Positions 21,808 through 35,590 of a stretch of DNA of 64,000 nt are shown here, piece after piece. The first letter of the stretch is position 1. Each line of letters starts with the position of its first letter. The DNA lies in contig NIVC01003380.1 of NCBI GenBank assembly GCA_002269645.1, positions 9,210 to 73,209 of the forward strand, given 5' to 3'. Origin of the DNA: Macrostomum lignano (lineage: Eukaryota). The notes under the pieces are model-generated. The model worked only from the letters and a program-made list of their open reading frames with translations, did no database searches and had not been told where the DNA came from. The position numbers were made by a program, and so were the translations under genes.

Positions 21808-24800
21808 TAGGGATGTCGCGATTCCCCGGGGAAAAAAAAAAATAAGTAAAAAACGGCGGATAACTTAGATCTTAAGTAATAAAGTGGCATTTTTAAAACT
21901 TTGATTAAAGCTTCGGACTACATGTTCAAGGCGCAAGGATAAAAACTTTAAGCAATGTTTGTTTAAAACTGTATTTAATTTGACAACGTGACATCACCAA
22001 ATCGTGCGCGCACCTGGGTCGTTCTCAAAGCTAGGTCACAACTTTTTGTTATTGCAAAAAAAGTTTATACATCGACCAATAATCGTACAAAAAAAATTCT
22101 TTCGACAATTTCTGTAAGAAGCTGCTACTAAAACCACAAGAAAACTTGAAATTGACAAGAAATCAAGGCTATTTGTTATTCTTTGTTGCGGAAAATAAAC
22201 GACAAAAATATTAAAGAGAAAATAAAATTTTCTTCTATTTTTATTTTAAATATGCAGTTAAATTTCTTTTGCAAAAATAAAAGAACAAGAAATTGACAAA
22301 GGAAATGTTTTTGAGCACAGCATTTTGTTACTCTGCTCTAAATCCCAGACATTTAAAATTATCGTGTGCGAAAAAGTGCGAAATTATTATAGCATGCACT
22401 CGAAAGGACTTCGATCAGTTTAACTAATCACTGAATTAAGAAGTCTAAATAAGTCTTGAAAGGTTGAATTAAAAATCAAGTTTTCACTATGTATCTTTTC
22501 AAAGTTAAGATGATTCGACAAATAAAGAATGTTCATTTTTATGGTTAATAGAATTGTTTTCATTTTTACATTAAATATAATAAAATCTAACTAATAATAG
22601 AAAAAGTCAGGGAACTATCCTTGAACACCAAAAAGCACATTGTGGATTTAATATCGACTGCATGTTCCTTAATAAAGGAATTCGGATACTAGTATATATT
22701 TGATTATTTGTAGCATAATTTCTGAAAACTATAACTTGCTTGATTTTACTTTAAGTACTTATTACATTAATACTTATACCAAAGCTACATGTACTTAAAA
22801 TAAAAAATTATAGTTACTTATTAGACATTTTACTCCAATTAACTTAAAATAATTCAAATTTATTTTAATTAATTCATTTTTTGAAACTTTTTGGAAAATA
22901 GACAAAATTGAATTATTTAATTACCAAAAACCTACTAGCTTAACTAAAATAGCAATTAGTCTTTAAGAAAAGATTTCACTTGTTAATTGAGAAAAATGAG
23001 GATGTGCGAGGTGTAAAAATGCGAAAGAGCATGCAGGAAACAGAGACAAACAAAAATGTAGGTAAAAGACACTGCACATGCACATAATATGATAACCAGA
23101 CATAATGCGCACACTGAAACACCAGTAGCAATGACGCCCAAGCTTTTGATGATCACAAGTGAAAAGGCAAAACCCAGCCATCTAATCAAAGAAGTAGACT
23201 ATAGCACGCATATTGAGTGCATCACGCATTTTTTGCAGAGAAGCTCGAAAATTAACATTGTATTCTGTGCACAACCACCAACTGCGACAGGGTCTGCCGG
23301 GGGATTTGTGGGCACGCGGTCGCGGATACAAATCGGAGGAGTCGCTGACCATTCTGAAATTACTAGCTAGCACATGTAATTTTGTGTATTAATATTTTTT
23401 AGCCCGCTTTATTTCTATGCTCTCGTCCGCCTCTCGTTAATGCATCCCCAGACTCATGCAAAAATTAAACTTATGATCGAACTATGCATGGCTTCCGTCC
23501 CTCGCTTTGAATCTCTCACCTCCCCATAGTTCCATCAACCTTACCGTAGTGGCTTCCTATGCAAAAATCATCCCTCCGCATCTTACACAGGCTACTTCAG
23601 GCTGTAGACTGTACTACACTATTAATTAGTTGCGCGAAAGAATCTACATGTATTTTGATCGCAGCGCAGCGCGCTGCTCAAAGAAGTTTAGATCTATCTA
23701 GATATTCTAGTAATTTCAGGTTTGTCCATAGACTAGAGCTCATGAGATGAGAATTCCATTAACTAGTACATTTAATATGAATGAACAGCGTGTGTGTGTG
23801 CTGTGCATACATATGTATAATATACGAGTAGTTTATGGGCCAAATTATTGTGTGGCACAATTCTTGGCATCACTCAGCAGGCACAAGATGCAGTTAAGCA
23901 GCGCACGAAAATTCTACAAAAGAAATTGAGCCTGGTTGAGGTGATGCGAGGAGGCAGATCCACACAATCTCAGTGAATACACCAGACTGCACCAGATACG
24001 AGTCCAGTCGAATGTGCGCACTGGTCTAAGCAGCACACGCATGTCCTTCTGACAATGACGGCACCTAGCTTCGTCCAAGCCTTTGCCAGCGTCACTGACA
24101 GCGTCAATACTACCATGCAGTGCCACCTGCAGCACCGACAACGGCAATTCCTCCAGTTAGCCCACAACAGTGGCTAAACTGAGGGACAGGGAACCTACCC
24201 ACAGAAGACACACACATACACACACAGCACCGGCAGCAGCACTCTGACAGCATAACCTAAAGCTCCATGAGCTCAGTTTTCAAGCATTGAAGAAGCAGAA
24301 GCAGTCATCTTGGATCCAGGGATCAGGAAGAGTGTTGCATGTCCGACATGTGCTGTTTCCGTGGCAAAAGGTGATGGAGCAAATTAATCAACACTTACTA
24401 TCTAGCTCGTATTAAGACTAAAAAACTGAGGCAAGCTGGGATTAAACTAAAGAAAATTTTTTACTATACTTTTTTACCATACTTTTACTATACTTCTATA
24501 GTATAGTAGAGAGGTACTCTATTTAAATGCAGTAAGAAGTGAAACAAATTTATATATTTAATTATTAAATTAAATTAATTCAAGGTAAATAACTAATTTA
24601 ACCAATTTATTAGGAGTATTTATTATTATAATAAAGTGATTTTTATACCTTACACGAAATAAGCTCTACATTCATTTCTTAGCTTGGGGCCCATCTGTAT
24701 AAGGTCAGTTTCTTCAAAATGCTGATTAATTAATTAAGGCCTGTTGTCTTTACTTAAATTTATAAGGGCATCTTAGAAGTTAATATTACTATATAATACA

Positions 24801-26415
24801 GGTATAATAGTATTACTATATTATAATAATATAGTTGCAATTTTAATGACTATTGAATAAGTTTAAATGCTTCCCCTATTGACTCTAAATATATGGTATC
24901 TTTCCCTTCAGAAAAAATTAGCATAGAATGACTTGATGAAAACAAAAAAAATCATTTCGAGATACACATTTGCTGATCATTCAGGTCAAATTTCAAGGTC
25001 CAGTTTTGCACATGTTTCTCTGTAGCTTGGTTACAAGGATTTTAATAAAAATATAATAAATATGTCCAATGAACTAACTGATACATAGCCAAATTGAAGT
25101 ATTTTCAAAAACAAAAAAATCATTTGCTCAGTTTACTTTACTGGATATCTGTGTAAAATTTCAGCTCAAAAGGTGCTCCATGGAGAATGCTAGTGTGGTT
25201 ACAGGATATTTATTTTGTGCTTCAAAGTAGGAGTTAATTGCGATGCATGGTTGCTTTTAATTATTTTTATCAATAATAGTGCTCTATTTCATAACAATTT
25301 TTTACAAAAAGATAATAAGACATGTTTTTCTAATTATCTGCATCAAAATGTATCATTTTAAGCGCACATTCTAGACGTCAGCTGAAAAATACATTTTGTG
25401 AGACGCAAAGAGGCTATCCCACCGGAAATGCTAGGCGTCCAGTTAAGCGTCTATAAAATCATTTATAGTGCAGTTTATTGAGCTTTAAAAAATTCTTAAA
25501 TTAAATTTATATAAGCTTTCATTTTAAATGTAATATAGCAAGGTTTCAACACAACAACAACTTGTTTTAGCTACAGACATCTTGTAGTATCAAAAATTAA
25601 CATCGGTGAAATGATTGAATTTGAATTTTTTCATCGCTAATTATCGCTTAATACCGCCAGATGATTAAAAACACTTTTGCATGATAAAGTTCAACCCAAA
25701 AATTATCTTTATTCACAGATAAAAGTGTCCTATTATTTTGAATATGGCAGTAACAATAGTAAATGTTCGGAAAATTGTTAAAATTTTTGCTCCTTCTAGA
25801 ATTTGCGAACGACCCACCTACCTTTGTCAGAAAGAGTCCAGACTCCGGAGGCGGAAAATGCATGCTCAGCAGCTACACTCGTGGGAGGATAATTAATGAA
25901 TGAGACTGCTTTTATAATCGGAATTTTAATTTCTTGCAGTTGCAGATACATCACCATTTTGTCCTTGTATAATAGGGAGTATTTTGTTATTGTAATGACA
26001 CCCCCCTATGCGTCAGTGACTGACGCAGGACACAGCGCTGCATGCCTGCGTCAAATGCGTCAAGCCGTCAACGCAGATTAACACAATAGTCAGTAAGGCT
26101 TCTTTTTCCTGACGGGTTTCTACGCTCGTACGCGCAATTTGCTAGATTGAAAGACTCATGTAGTGGAAATTAAAAAACATTCAAACGTGTGTTGTGTTTA
26201 AAATAATACTGTACATTGAAATAAGCATTTTGCTGTAAAAAAAGCATAGACAGAGTTTCAATCAGCTTTCTGTGAATGATTTTCTTCTTTAAATGGCGAA
26301 AATTAAGTTAAAAATGCTTTTTTTCTCCCCGGGTCCCCTTTTCAATTCCCCGGGGAGTATTCCCCGACAAGCTCCCCCGGGCCCCGGGGAGCACTCCCCA
26401 GGGTCGACATCCCTA
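21808..26415. mobile_element. hAT (Ac-type TAGGGATG termini) non-autonomous element
   Basis: TIRs TAGGGATGTCG / CGACATCCCTA; perfect 8-bp TSD GGCGACAG; CCCCGGGG subterminal repeats; no intact ORF. Confidence 0.9.
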
Positions 26416-28254
26416 GGCGACAGTATGTCAGTATCAATTTTTCGTGACTCAAACACTTAGAATTTCTCCTGTCCATGGTTTATAAACGGAAAGGCTCAGA
26501 GTGTGGTAGAGGTGATGGTGCTAGTGAGGTGGCGGCGGAGAAAATGAAAATTTTTGTGGTCGGCGGCTGTTGGTCCACTACGAGTCTATGACCGGGGGGC
26601 CTTTTCATATTGCTTGTTCTGGTTCCAGAACCAGAACCAATTTGTGAAGTTATAACTTTTTGTCTCCATAACTGCTATAAAGTTTTTATTATTGAATGAC
26701 AATCGCCAAGAAGAAAGTGAAAAATGGTGCTAAGTGAAGTTGTTAAGGCAGTCAAACATTCAACAGAATTAAATAGTTATACTGCTATTTTTCTTGGAAG
26801 ATCCGAACCGATTCTGATTCTGGAAGGTAATAAAAAGCCTCCGGTTTTTTAGTTCCAGTTCCCAAATCGTACTTTAAAATCCCGCCGTAACGGATGTTAA
26901 AATGCATATTGAAACAATTTTTTATTGCTTTAAGAATGAAATTGACATTAAGGTTCAAAAAATTGAATAAAATACTATATTATTCAAACTTTTTTTATTT
27001 TATCTCTATTTTTTGTAGAAACAAGTACTAAAATAGAGGTGAATATTCCAAAAAGCACGGTTCCACTCGAAGCAGCTCGATCTACATTATCGTTATATGT
27101 GATACTGTGACGATAACGATATGAAGTAAGAACTCCTTAAAATATGATAAAAATAAAAAATTAATATTTAGAATGAATAAACAAATAAACTAGTAGACAT
27201 TTATAAAAAAATGTTTCGTTCTTTTTACACTTGATAAATACAGTAGTTAACTACAATTAAGTTAACTACAATTAATTTAAACTCACAAATATTGTGGGAA
27301 ATTAAGAAATTAACTAATAGCAATTCAAATAATGGTTTTCATTGACGCCTAAAAGTGCGTAAAAGTTAAAGGTCCTTATAAAACATGGGTTTTGAATATT
27401 ACATGTGAAATAAAAATATTGAGATAAAAATATAAGATGAGATACATGCAATTTATAAGATTATGATGTTACTTCTGCAGAAGAATACATGTAATTTTCG
27501 TAAAAATTCTATCAATAATTTAATACAGTCATTACGTAAATTAATCCAATAGTGCACCTTGAATGATTAATTGTAATTTCTCTGCAGACGTTACAAATCT
27601 AATTGATCAAATATTAAACATGTAAATATGTTGCACAACTAGATGTAATTCTTAGCTTGCATGTGATCAGGGGCGTGAGCGCGTCGCTATGGATTTTATG
27701 GTGGGGGACAAAGTCAAGAATTCTGAGTGACGAAATCAGTACAATATTTTTATATCGGTGTTTTAACACTCAATTATGCCACACAGACACTCATTTTGTT
27801 CGATTTTTCATAGATTTTACTCAGGCCAGGGGGGGGGGCATATGCAAAGTTGTCCCGATGTCGGCCCCTGTCCCGTGTGGTGACACGGGCCCTTGCATGT
27901 GATTATGCATTTAAAGGTACAATTTCGTAAAAATGAAACAATGTACAAGCTGGAAACAATTGCATATGAATGAAGTCTGTACGCGCCAGCATGAACCTCG
28001 GAAAAATTGGAAATTAGAGGAGTTACAACTCCGAAAGGCCGAGACCTTTCACGACTGTGAAAGGTCTCGGCCTTTACTCGGCATTTTTAGGGTTTTTAAT
28101 TTTTATGGCATTTGATTCAGTGCTAAGAGCAGCACTTCCTTTTGTCCTACGAACCTGTCGAGTTCCCAGCAGCTAGTTGACGCCATCATATCGTTGTATG
28201 GTGATACGCTGTGGTGACGGCAGACGGCTTGTCTGACCTTGTCTGAAACTTCGT

Positions 28255-29420
28255 TTAAGAGTGTTACACAGAGCGACACATTCTAGCGCCGTTCCTCTTC
28301 GTGCTACTCCTGGCATGGATTGTGCAGCTTCCGAACGGACCCCCTTCAGCAGGCGACGGCTTCCTGCTGCGCAGACACATCGGTTGCCGCCTGAGCGGTT
28401 TTGTGCTACGCCGACGACCTTACACTCCTGTCCTCAACTGTTGATGGTGCACAGCGCTAGATTAAGGTTGGTCGAGGTGGCATCAAGGTGTCGGCCTATT
28501 TGTCTACACGCTGAAAGACCGAGGCGCTGGCATGACCATCTCAGCGAGCCGATATCCCAGCGGAGCTGACATGCCGCGGCGCAGACGGGCAGACGACCAA
28601 CCTCGCGCGCTGTCAGCGGTTCGCCTCGCCGGTCTGATGCCCAACGTTGAGGACGAAATTCGGCGACGACGATCTAGATCGAGAGGACTTGCCTGGACGG
28701 CCTACCAGTCGATTCGCGTCATCCTTCAGTCCAAAGCGCTGCCCGATCGTCAGAGGGCTCGGCTGTTGAGACTGTGTTGCTCGACAACGCTGCAGAGACG
28801 TGGATGTTCGAAGGACGCTAGAATTCGCGCTACTGGATTTTGCGCTAATTGTCTTCTGCGCACCAGGATTTTGCGCGAATCGGAAGATTTTAGGCGACCT
28901 GAAATTGAATTTGACTGCATCATTTCTCGCGACTTACTTCAAGTGACTAGATTTCGTGCGACGTAGAATTTCGTGCGACTGGATTTTGCGCGACTGAATT
29001 TCGCGCAACCAGATTTCGATCGACTTGATTTAAATCCAGTCGTGTGAAATCCAGTCGCTAGAAAGAAGTCGCGCGCTTCAATTCCAGGTCGTGCGATTTC
29101 CAGTCGCCCAAATGAAGTCGCTCGAATGCCAGATCGCGCGAAATCCAGTCACGCGAAATCCAGTCGCGCGAATTCTAGCGTCCCGATGTTAACGGCCACG
29201 CTGGAGCAACAGCTGTACAATTGGAGCACTCGGCCCGCGGGGCTGCTCTATGCGTTCAGGCTGACAAAAGCGTCCTGTCCAAGGATGTACCCTCCTGCAA
29301 CGAGACGGCGACTCCAAATGACAGGCGGTACGTTATCCGGGCTATTGCCCAAGCCGAGGACCGAGAACACGGAGATACGTGAACTGCATCCTGAGCAACG
29401 TTGGGCCACCCGACACTGTC
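28255..29420 (+). pseudogene. RTE-clade non-LTR retrotransposon RT remnant
   Basis: Frameshifted GVTQSDT..APFLFVLLL and LCYADDLTLL (YADD at 28407); downstream RRRLQMTG resembles the RTE C-terminal region; interrupted by a MITE. Confidence 0.7.
28813..29183. mobile_element. Foldback-type MITE
   Basis: 28-bp TIR GGACGCTAGAATTCGCGC(T/G)ACTGGATTT (1 mismatch). Internal GACTGGATTT / AAATCCAGTC repeats switch orientation mid-element. TSD unclear (GATGTT on both sides). Confidence 0.75.
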
Positions 29421-32400
29421 GATCAATGGGCCGGACAATTGATTCTTCGCCTGCTGACATGTCACCTGACACTCCCTCCACTGACTACTGGGGCGACTGC
29501 GTATTTTTGTTACTGTTGTTCTATAATTACCTACGAGTATAAGTAGCCGGTTATTTTACAAATTCAAAGTTACAAACCCTTGTAGCTACGAAATCCTACA
29601 GTTTCTGACGTTTCAACATCACGCTATGCAAGATTGGAGACGTGCACTGAAGAGACAGTAAGGTCTGTGAAGCTGATTTTTTATGTAAACACAGATTTCA
29701 GATGGTAAATTTTAGTTTCGAGCCAAAAATCCTTTTACATTCAACTGTTTTTTGCCAAATCGATCTTTTTGTTATTATTTTCTTATCGGGAACTGGAACT
29801 AAAAAACCGCGGTCACTGGTCCACTAGGCTTCAAAAAGGAGGCGGTATAATATTTTGAATTTCCGCCGGCGTTGAGTTTGCACGAATTAAAGCCGGAAAT
29901 CGCTCAGTTTAACTTTCCACGAGTTTTCTCCTTGATACTATATCTGCCGGGGTCCTCAATTCCGGGGGGAGGGTAGTTGTGGTCGTAGTCGAGCGGTCTT
30001 CGTTAGGCACGGTCGTTCAAATGGGGTCCTTAGACACCGAAGTTCAGTGTACGTCGAAAATGCTTAGCTGATTACTGTCAGTAGAGTAAGCGCTGCCACC
30101 ACCGTAATTTACGTATTACGGAAAGTTGCTTTTCTCAGAGCTCGTGCGGAATTGAGATTAATTTTGTTATTTTACGCCCCACGGGCAAATCACTTAAGAG
30201 AGGCTAATGTGCTTAAATAGGCGTATTTTATTGAGTTAAATTTAGTAAATTAGGATCGGAGTCAACCAAAGTAACAAACGAGGGATGACGATAAACGGGG
30301 GAGCCGCGGTGCGCGAGGCTCGCTAATTAGGGATCAGTAAGTTAATTTTTTTGTAGCTGATTAAAGAAAGTCAAATAAGCGGTTAAAATAACGGTAACTT
30401 AAATGGGTATAACGTAATCTTCCAGAGAGAAAAGAAGTAGGAAAGCAAAAACACCATGCGCACGAATAATTAAATAGGTTCACGTGTTTCCGGCGATGAC
30501 GCAAATTGTACATCAGATGGCCGGGTGCGGGCAAAAGTTGGTGCACACCGCGGTCAACGCCTGGTGCATAACAAAATTACGGGGGTGGGGGGCATAAGCA
30601 TAAATTACGAAAACCAAAAATTGGGATGACAAGACCAGGACTGGGAAATGGGGCGCCAAACACGGGAAAAGATGGGCCAACCCGGGACGAGGAATTGGGA
30701 CGATGACGAAGGTGCAGACGTCAGGGTAGCACCTCAAGGTGGGGCCAAACCCCGGACGATAACGATCAAGTTCGCGCGAACAGTAGATTACTTGAACGAG
30801 GTAAATGTAGCTCACACTACCACACTAGCACTTTACGTGTTTTTGACCATTTAAATTTTTAATTTCTATTTTCTTCAGCCCGTGATTCCCGCATTTTTTA
30901 GTCCTCCACTGGGACGCGTATAGTATAAGTCAGGCTCGTCTGCGAGATAACGAAAATCTTTCGTCATCTTTGGTGCCCGCAGCCGGGATCCCTCCCACCT
31001 CCACCGTCAGGACTCTCAGCGGTCCATCTGTCGGAGCCCGGTGTCCATTGTCCGGATTCGGCCCCCCTTTTCTAATTGCTCTTTGTTGAGTATCAGTACT
31101 CGCCATTCGCGGGGCATTATCGCCCCACTGTCAGGCCCTCTAAAGTTCCCGGGATGGAACTTTCGCGCATTATTTAAACCCGCACTAAACGGGCTGACAT
31201 GTAACTCTTCTTTCCTCTCCTTTTCATTTCTCTTTACACTTTTATGTTTTACTGCTTTGTGTTGCTTAAAATTTTTTTATGATGAGGACCACGCACTTTT
31301 TCCAAATTTCACGCTCGCACATGGGCTCCAAACTTGCTAGCCTACTAAAAACAGGCTATGGGCGTTTTTCTCCTTTTTTGTAATTTTCCTAGAATTCATA
31401 CTAGTTATATGACTTTGCCATACTTGTAGTTATAATAACATATGTGCGGCTTTTGGGTCATAAATCATTGCTTTCGAGCTGGTATGACAGCCACCTGCGC
31501 CTCACTCAATGCTGAGGCTGGCGCCAGATGGTCTGAGAGGATGCGGGCGGTAGCTTCTTTCTCATCATTTTGACAGGCCATCAAGATTTATGAGGTCAGG
31601 GCCTATTGTTGTTCGTGTTTACTCAAGCGTGTGACAGCTTTGACAGCGATGCGTTTTACCCCTAAAAGTACCTTGGGATTAGCGATTTGCGATTTCTCTT
31701 TATTATCTTAACTTTCTACTTAATAAGAGCTTCCTAATGTATACTTTTTCATTAATTTTTCTCATTCCTACGCGAAAGGTCATAAATCATTATGTAGCGA
31801 TTTTGAGTGGTTTATGACCGCACCTGCGTATTTTTATGGCCCCGAGCGAACTGATAGGATCTTCTGGTCACGTGAGTTTGGGTGGCAACAAGCTCAGCCA
31901 ATCAGAAAATTCGACGTGCGTTATAACTGTTCCATTATAACAAATTGCGGTCCGGTTGGCGGCTATTTATACTGGTGTTTTTGGCCCGCTCGGACTCAAC
32001 CTCCTGCTCCGCCTCCTGGGACCTTGGCCTAACTTAGACCTGCCGGTGCTCGACCGTCGTTTCTTGATCCCCGGATCGCGACTCCCCCCATCATCATCAA
32101 GGACGAATCCCCCCGGTCGTCAGCAGCGAACATAAAGATTAAGAACATCACCTGCTAGCTATCTGCGAAGATTGTTACATCAGCATCATCCCGGGTCTAC
32201 AGCTGCGAAGCACTAAGCCGATTCGGTCACTGTGGATTACCTGGTCTCCGGCTGTTGAGTTTCTGATTGGTTGGATGAGAGGCTACCTAGACTTGCTTGA
32301 TTGGGTGATCCCTTATCTGTCCCCTATTTTAGTAGCTGGATTAGGCGCACACTTTTGCTCATTTTGTTCAGCGGTGCTGTTATTGAGGCAGAAATCATTT

Positions 32401-34150
32401 AATACGAGCGTAATACTGATAGTAGTCTGATACTCCAATTCAATCTGAAGTGTGAAGTGATTTAGTGAGATGGTTAAATCTGGCAGTTATTGTTATCGGT
32501 TTTGTTTCTTTGTTCGCCGATGGCTCAGATGAGTAGTTAAGCTAGTAGGCGCCAGTCGCAGTGGACCAATGACAAGGCAGTCCTCAGTCGATCAATCTAT
32601 CAAATCAGTTAGCAAAATTGCCAATAGTGCAAAATCGGCGCTAGAGATGTCTGTGCACTCTAGGTTCGCCAAGCGGCTCAGGTAATGAATCATGCGGTCT
32701 CTGATGTTCGAGTTAGCCTATCATCAGCGCTACGAGAGGCTAGTTGGCGCGTTGAAGGCCAAAAGTACAATTCCTCGTATTTAGCAATGTAATAGTACAT
32801 GTAGCTACCCCATAGTCTCGCCACTGCAAGAATCCCATACACAAGTCCCCTCTGTACCTGCATGGCCAATGCGATCTAGTCCCAGCAGTGTCCCTTATCA
32901 TCGGCTATGACTTCGAGACAGGGACTAATTGAGTAGTCCCTGCTTCGAGATTGACAGCAAAAAGACACTAGTTGGCAGGTAAGTGCTGAGCCCCCTCTAG
33001 TCGGAAGCCCGATTTCGAAAGTTCCTGTTTGGTGAGCCAGAACGCACGGGCTGGAGGCAGAAGGTTAGTTAATCTGCGGATTGGCTAATCTCTACCTTCA
33101 AAATTCTCCCTGCTTGTCTCTCGCTGTCCCTCTCTTAGCTATAGGACCTAGACTGCTCGCCACAAGATCAAGCTACCATGGGGCTGACCATCTGACAGGA
33201 GTGGGGGGCCAGGACTCTAATTGATTTATTTCTAAGACCTGAGGCCTGAAGGCTTCCACAAAGGAGTCGAAAAGGCCGAAACCCATCATTTAACACTACT
33301 TATTTTGTGACCCAGCGCAACCCTCTAGTTTTGTTTTGCACCGCGCGGCTCTGCCGAACGCTAGGCTCGCAGGACGGCTCCAGCAGTAAATAATAAACTG
33401 CAATAAAACCTATTTAGCTTGTATTCTAATTTGATCATAAAGTTTAGCATCGTCTTTGAGTATCCTGCATCGGAGCATATTTAGCATCGACTTGCCCACT
33501 TGGGCGTAAAAATATATACCCATTCTCAACCTGCTCTGAGAATTAACGGTCTGTAGTACGTACGTTAATTTACCGTGGTGGAAGCAACACGCTACCTGCG
33601 GTCGTATAAACTCTAAGATAAATATATTTTTGCAAGCCATATAAAAATTCCCAGTAGTAGTCTTTATAGTCCAAACTAATTAAGGGCTTTGGGGCATAAC
33701 TAATTTATTAATCCAATAAGCACTCAGTTATAGTCAGTCCAGCGTCAACTGGCGCTGCATTTTAACACTGTATTTGGGGGAGAAAGCAATAACTGCACAA
33801 ACTTTTGAGAAATATATCTGAATGGAGCCCACAAGGACAACTTGTCAACTACACAAGTTGTCCTTGGGAGCACAAAATTGAGCAAAAACTGAATCAATAG
33901 CTGATAGCTGGGCAGAAAATTGGCAAAAAACATATATCACTGAAATTATTCTACTGTGTAAAGTATCAGTGGAGAATGAAGCGGAGCACATGCAGATGTG
34001 TCGAAACTATCCAGGCTGCACTTTAGCTGCCAGTACGTATTAAACTGTTAATTCGTTCACCTGTTTCATATTTTTGGATGCTAAAAATAGAAAAGAACCG
34101 ATCGAATTCAAACGAAAAATACATGTAGTTCAACGAACGATTCAATAGGG

Positions 34151-34560
34151 ATAGGGTTAGGGTTAGAGTTTAACTGTGCCTTAGTTAGGGTTAGGTTATG
34201 GTTAGGGTTTGAGCTTGTGCCTTTTCGAGCTTGTGATGGTTGTTGCTAAATCAGTTTTTCGACAATATGACTTTTCGACGATGTGACTTTTCGACGATGT
34301 GACTTTTCGACGATGTGACTTTTCGACGATGTGACTTTTCGACGATGTGACTTTTCGACGATGTGACTTTTCGACGATGTGACTTTTCGACGATGTGACT
34401 TTTCGACGATGTGACTTTTCGACGATGTGACTTTTCGAGTTAGTGACTATTGAGCTTGCGATGGTGATTGTTAAACTTTTCGACGATTTGATTTTTCGAG
34501 CCTGTGACTTTTCGAGCTTGTGATGGTGTCTGCTAAATCAGTTTTCGACGATGTGACTTT
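34151..34560. repeat. Short telomere-like GGTTAG repeats followed by a 16-bp tandem array (GACTTTTCGACGATGT, about 10-11 copies)
   Basis: Directly visible at 34151-34210 and 34262-34445, with decayed copies to about 34560. Confidence 0.85.
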
Positions 34561-35590
34561 TCGAGCTATAGTGATTTTTCGAGCTTATGATGGCGACCAC
34601 TTACTTAGGGGGGGGGGGGGGTCTGTCCAATTTGACTTGTACTCGCGGCTGAAACAGTTGACGCTTGATTGCCGCCTTCAAGCAGGAATGTGCGCTCTCA
34701 GTTGGATTTAGAAAAGACACACCACGTGGTGGCAGCTAAACCACGCGCCATGTTCATTTCAAGCTGTTGTGGGATCCTCACCCCGTTGGGAAAGCGAGCG
34801 CCTGCATCCATAATTATGCAGAAATGCACGGTCGGCTGCTTTTCGACGCCTTTATTGGCCAGAATTGAGCAGCTCCTCGATGAACACCTGTAATTAATAT
34901 GTCGGCAGTCAGTGTCTGGCTCACGATCGTATAGAGAACCAGGCCAAGATCCGGTGAAATTGCCTGGATGATATTCACTTACTGCACTCTTCGATCGTTG
35001 CGCATGTGTGTCTTGTCGATCCACGTACATGCATGTTAAATCCGCAATCTCGTCAACATAGATCAGATGACATTCAGGGGTCAGATCACAAAGTTTGCAG
35101 CTTCACCTTCAGCCATTGTGAAAAGAGGGCATGGGCGCTATCACCCCCTTTCAATTGCACTCACAGTCAGCTCGTACTTTTAGTTGCTTATCTTGTCATA
35201 GCATAGGAGCCACCTGACGTGCTACGTGATCTTGTTCATCTAGCGCTTATCCTGCGGTGACAAAGCTCTCCTATCTTCCTCCAAAAGCTCGCTGCATGGC
35301 TTCCTATTCTTCTACCGTGTTGAATGTGTGCGCCGTTTGCTTCGAAAGCGACACCAGTGGGGTGTTTTATAAAGCTAAGTTTGATCTAAGTGCCAACTTA
35401 CGCATGAACTTAGGGGTTGCATGTTTTATAAAGGTAAATGTGAGTCTTAGCTGGGAACCAACTTAGGTGCGACCCAGAGTAAGATAAGATTGAACTTATG
35501 GTCAAAGTGTTTTATAAAGATAGCATTCTATGGCTGAAAACCCCAACTTCGACCCTAACTTTAAGACACATCGAGAGCCTAAGTCATTTA

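Larger units (their letters stand above)
26581..29818. mobile_element. Candidate hAT-like shell containing nested insertions
   Basis: 8-bp direct repeat GTCCACTA at 26573-26580 and 29819-29826. The right end is CGGTCACTG and the left end is degenerate. A 21-bp inverted repeat lies at 26843-26863 / 29788-29808. Confidence 0.35.

Noticed and set aside
23089-24150. hAT transposase remnants (HIECITH CxxH-like on plus; VIATGVSV and CRHC BED-like on minus)
   Set aside because: The candidate motifs are short, degenerate and on conflicting strands, so they cannot be supported without an alignment.
27668-27870. CAGGGGC...GCCCCTG MITE
   Set aside because: Only a 7-bp inverted match and no TSD in the flanks.
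30513-30815. Chromodomain or integrase C-terminus
   Set aside because: Only YLVQ resembles the motif; the conserved W/aromatic residues are missing.
32700-32735. Second hammerhead candidate (CTGATGA, minus strand)
   Set aside because: Followed by an unpaired segment and GAAC rather than stem II plus GAAA.
35360-35525. Harbinger-like TIR region (TGTTTTATAAAG repeats)
   Set aside because: No partner inverted end or 3-bp TSD was identified, and it is cut by the Tc1 insertion.
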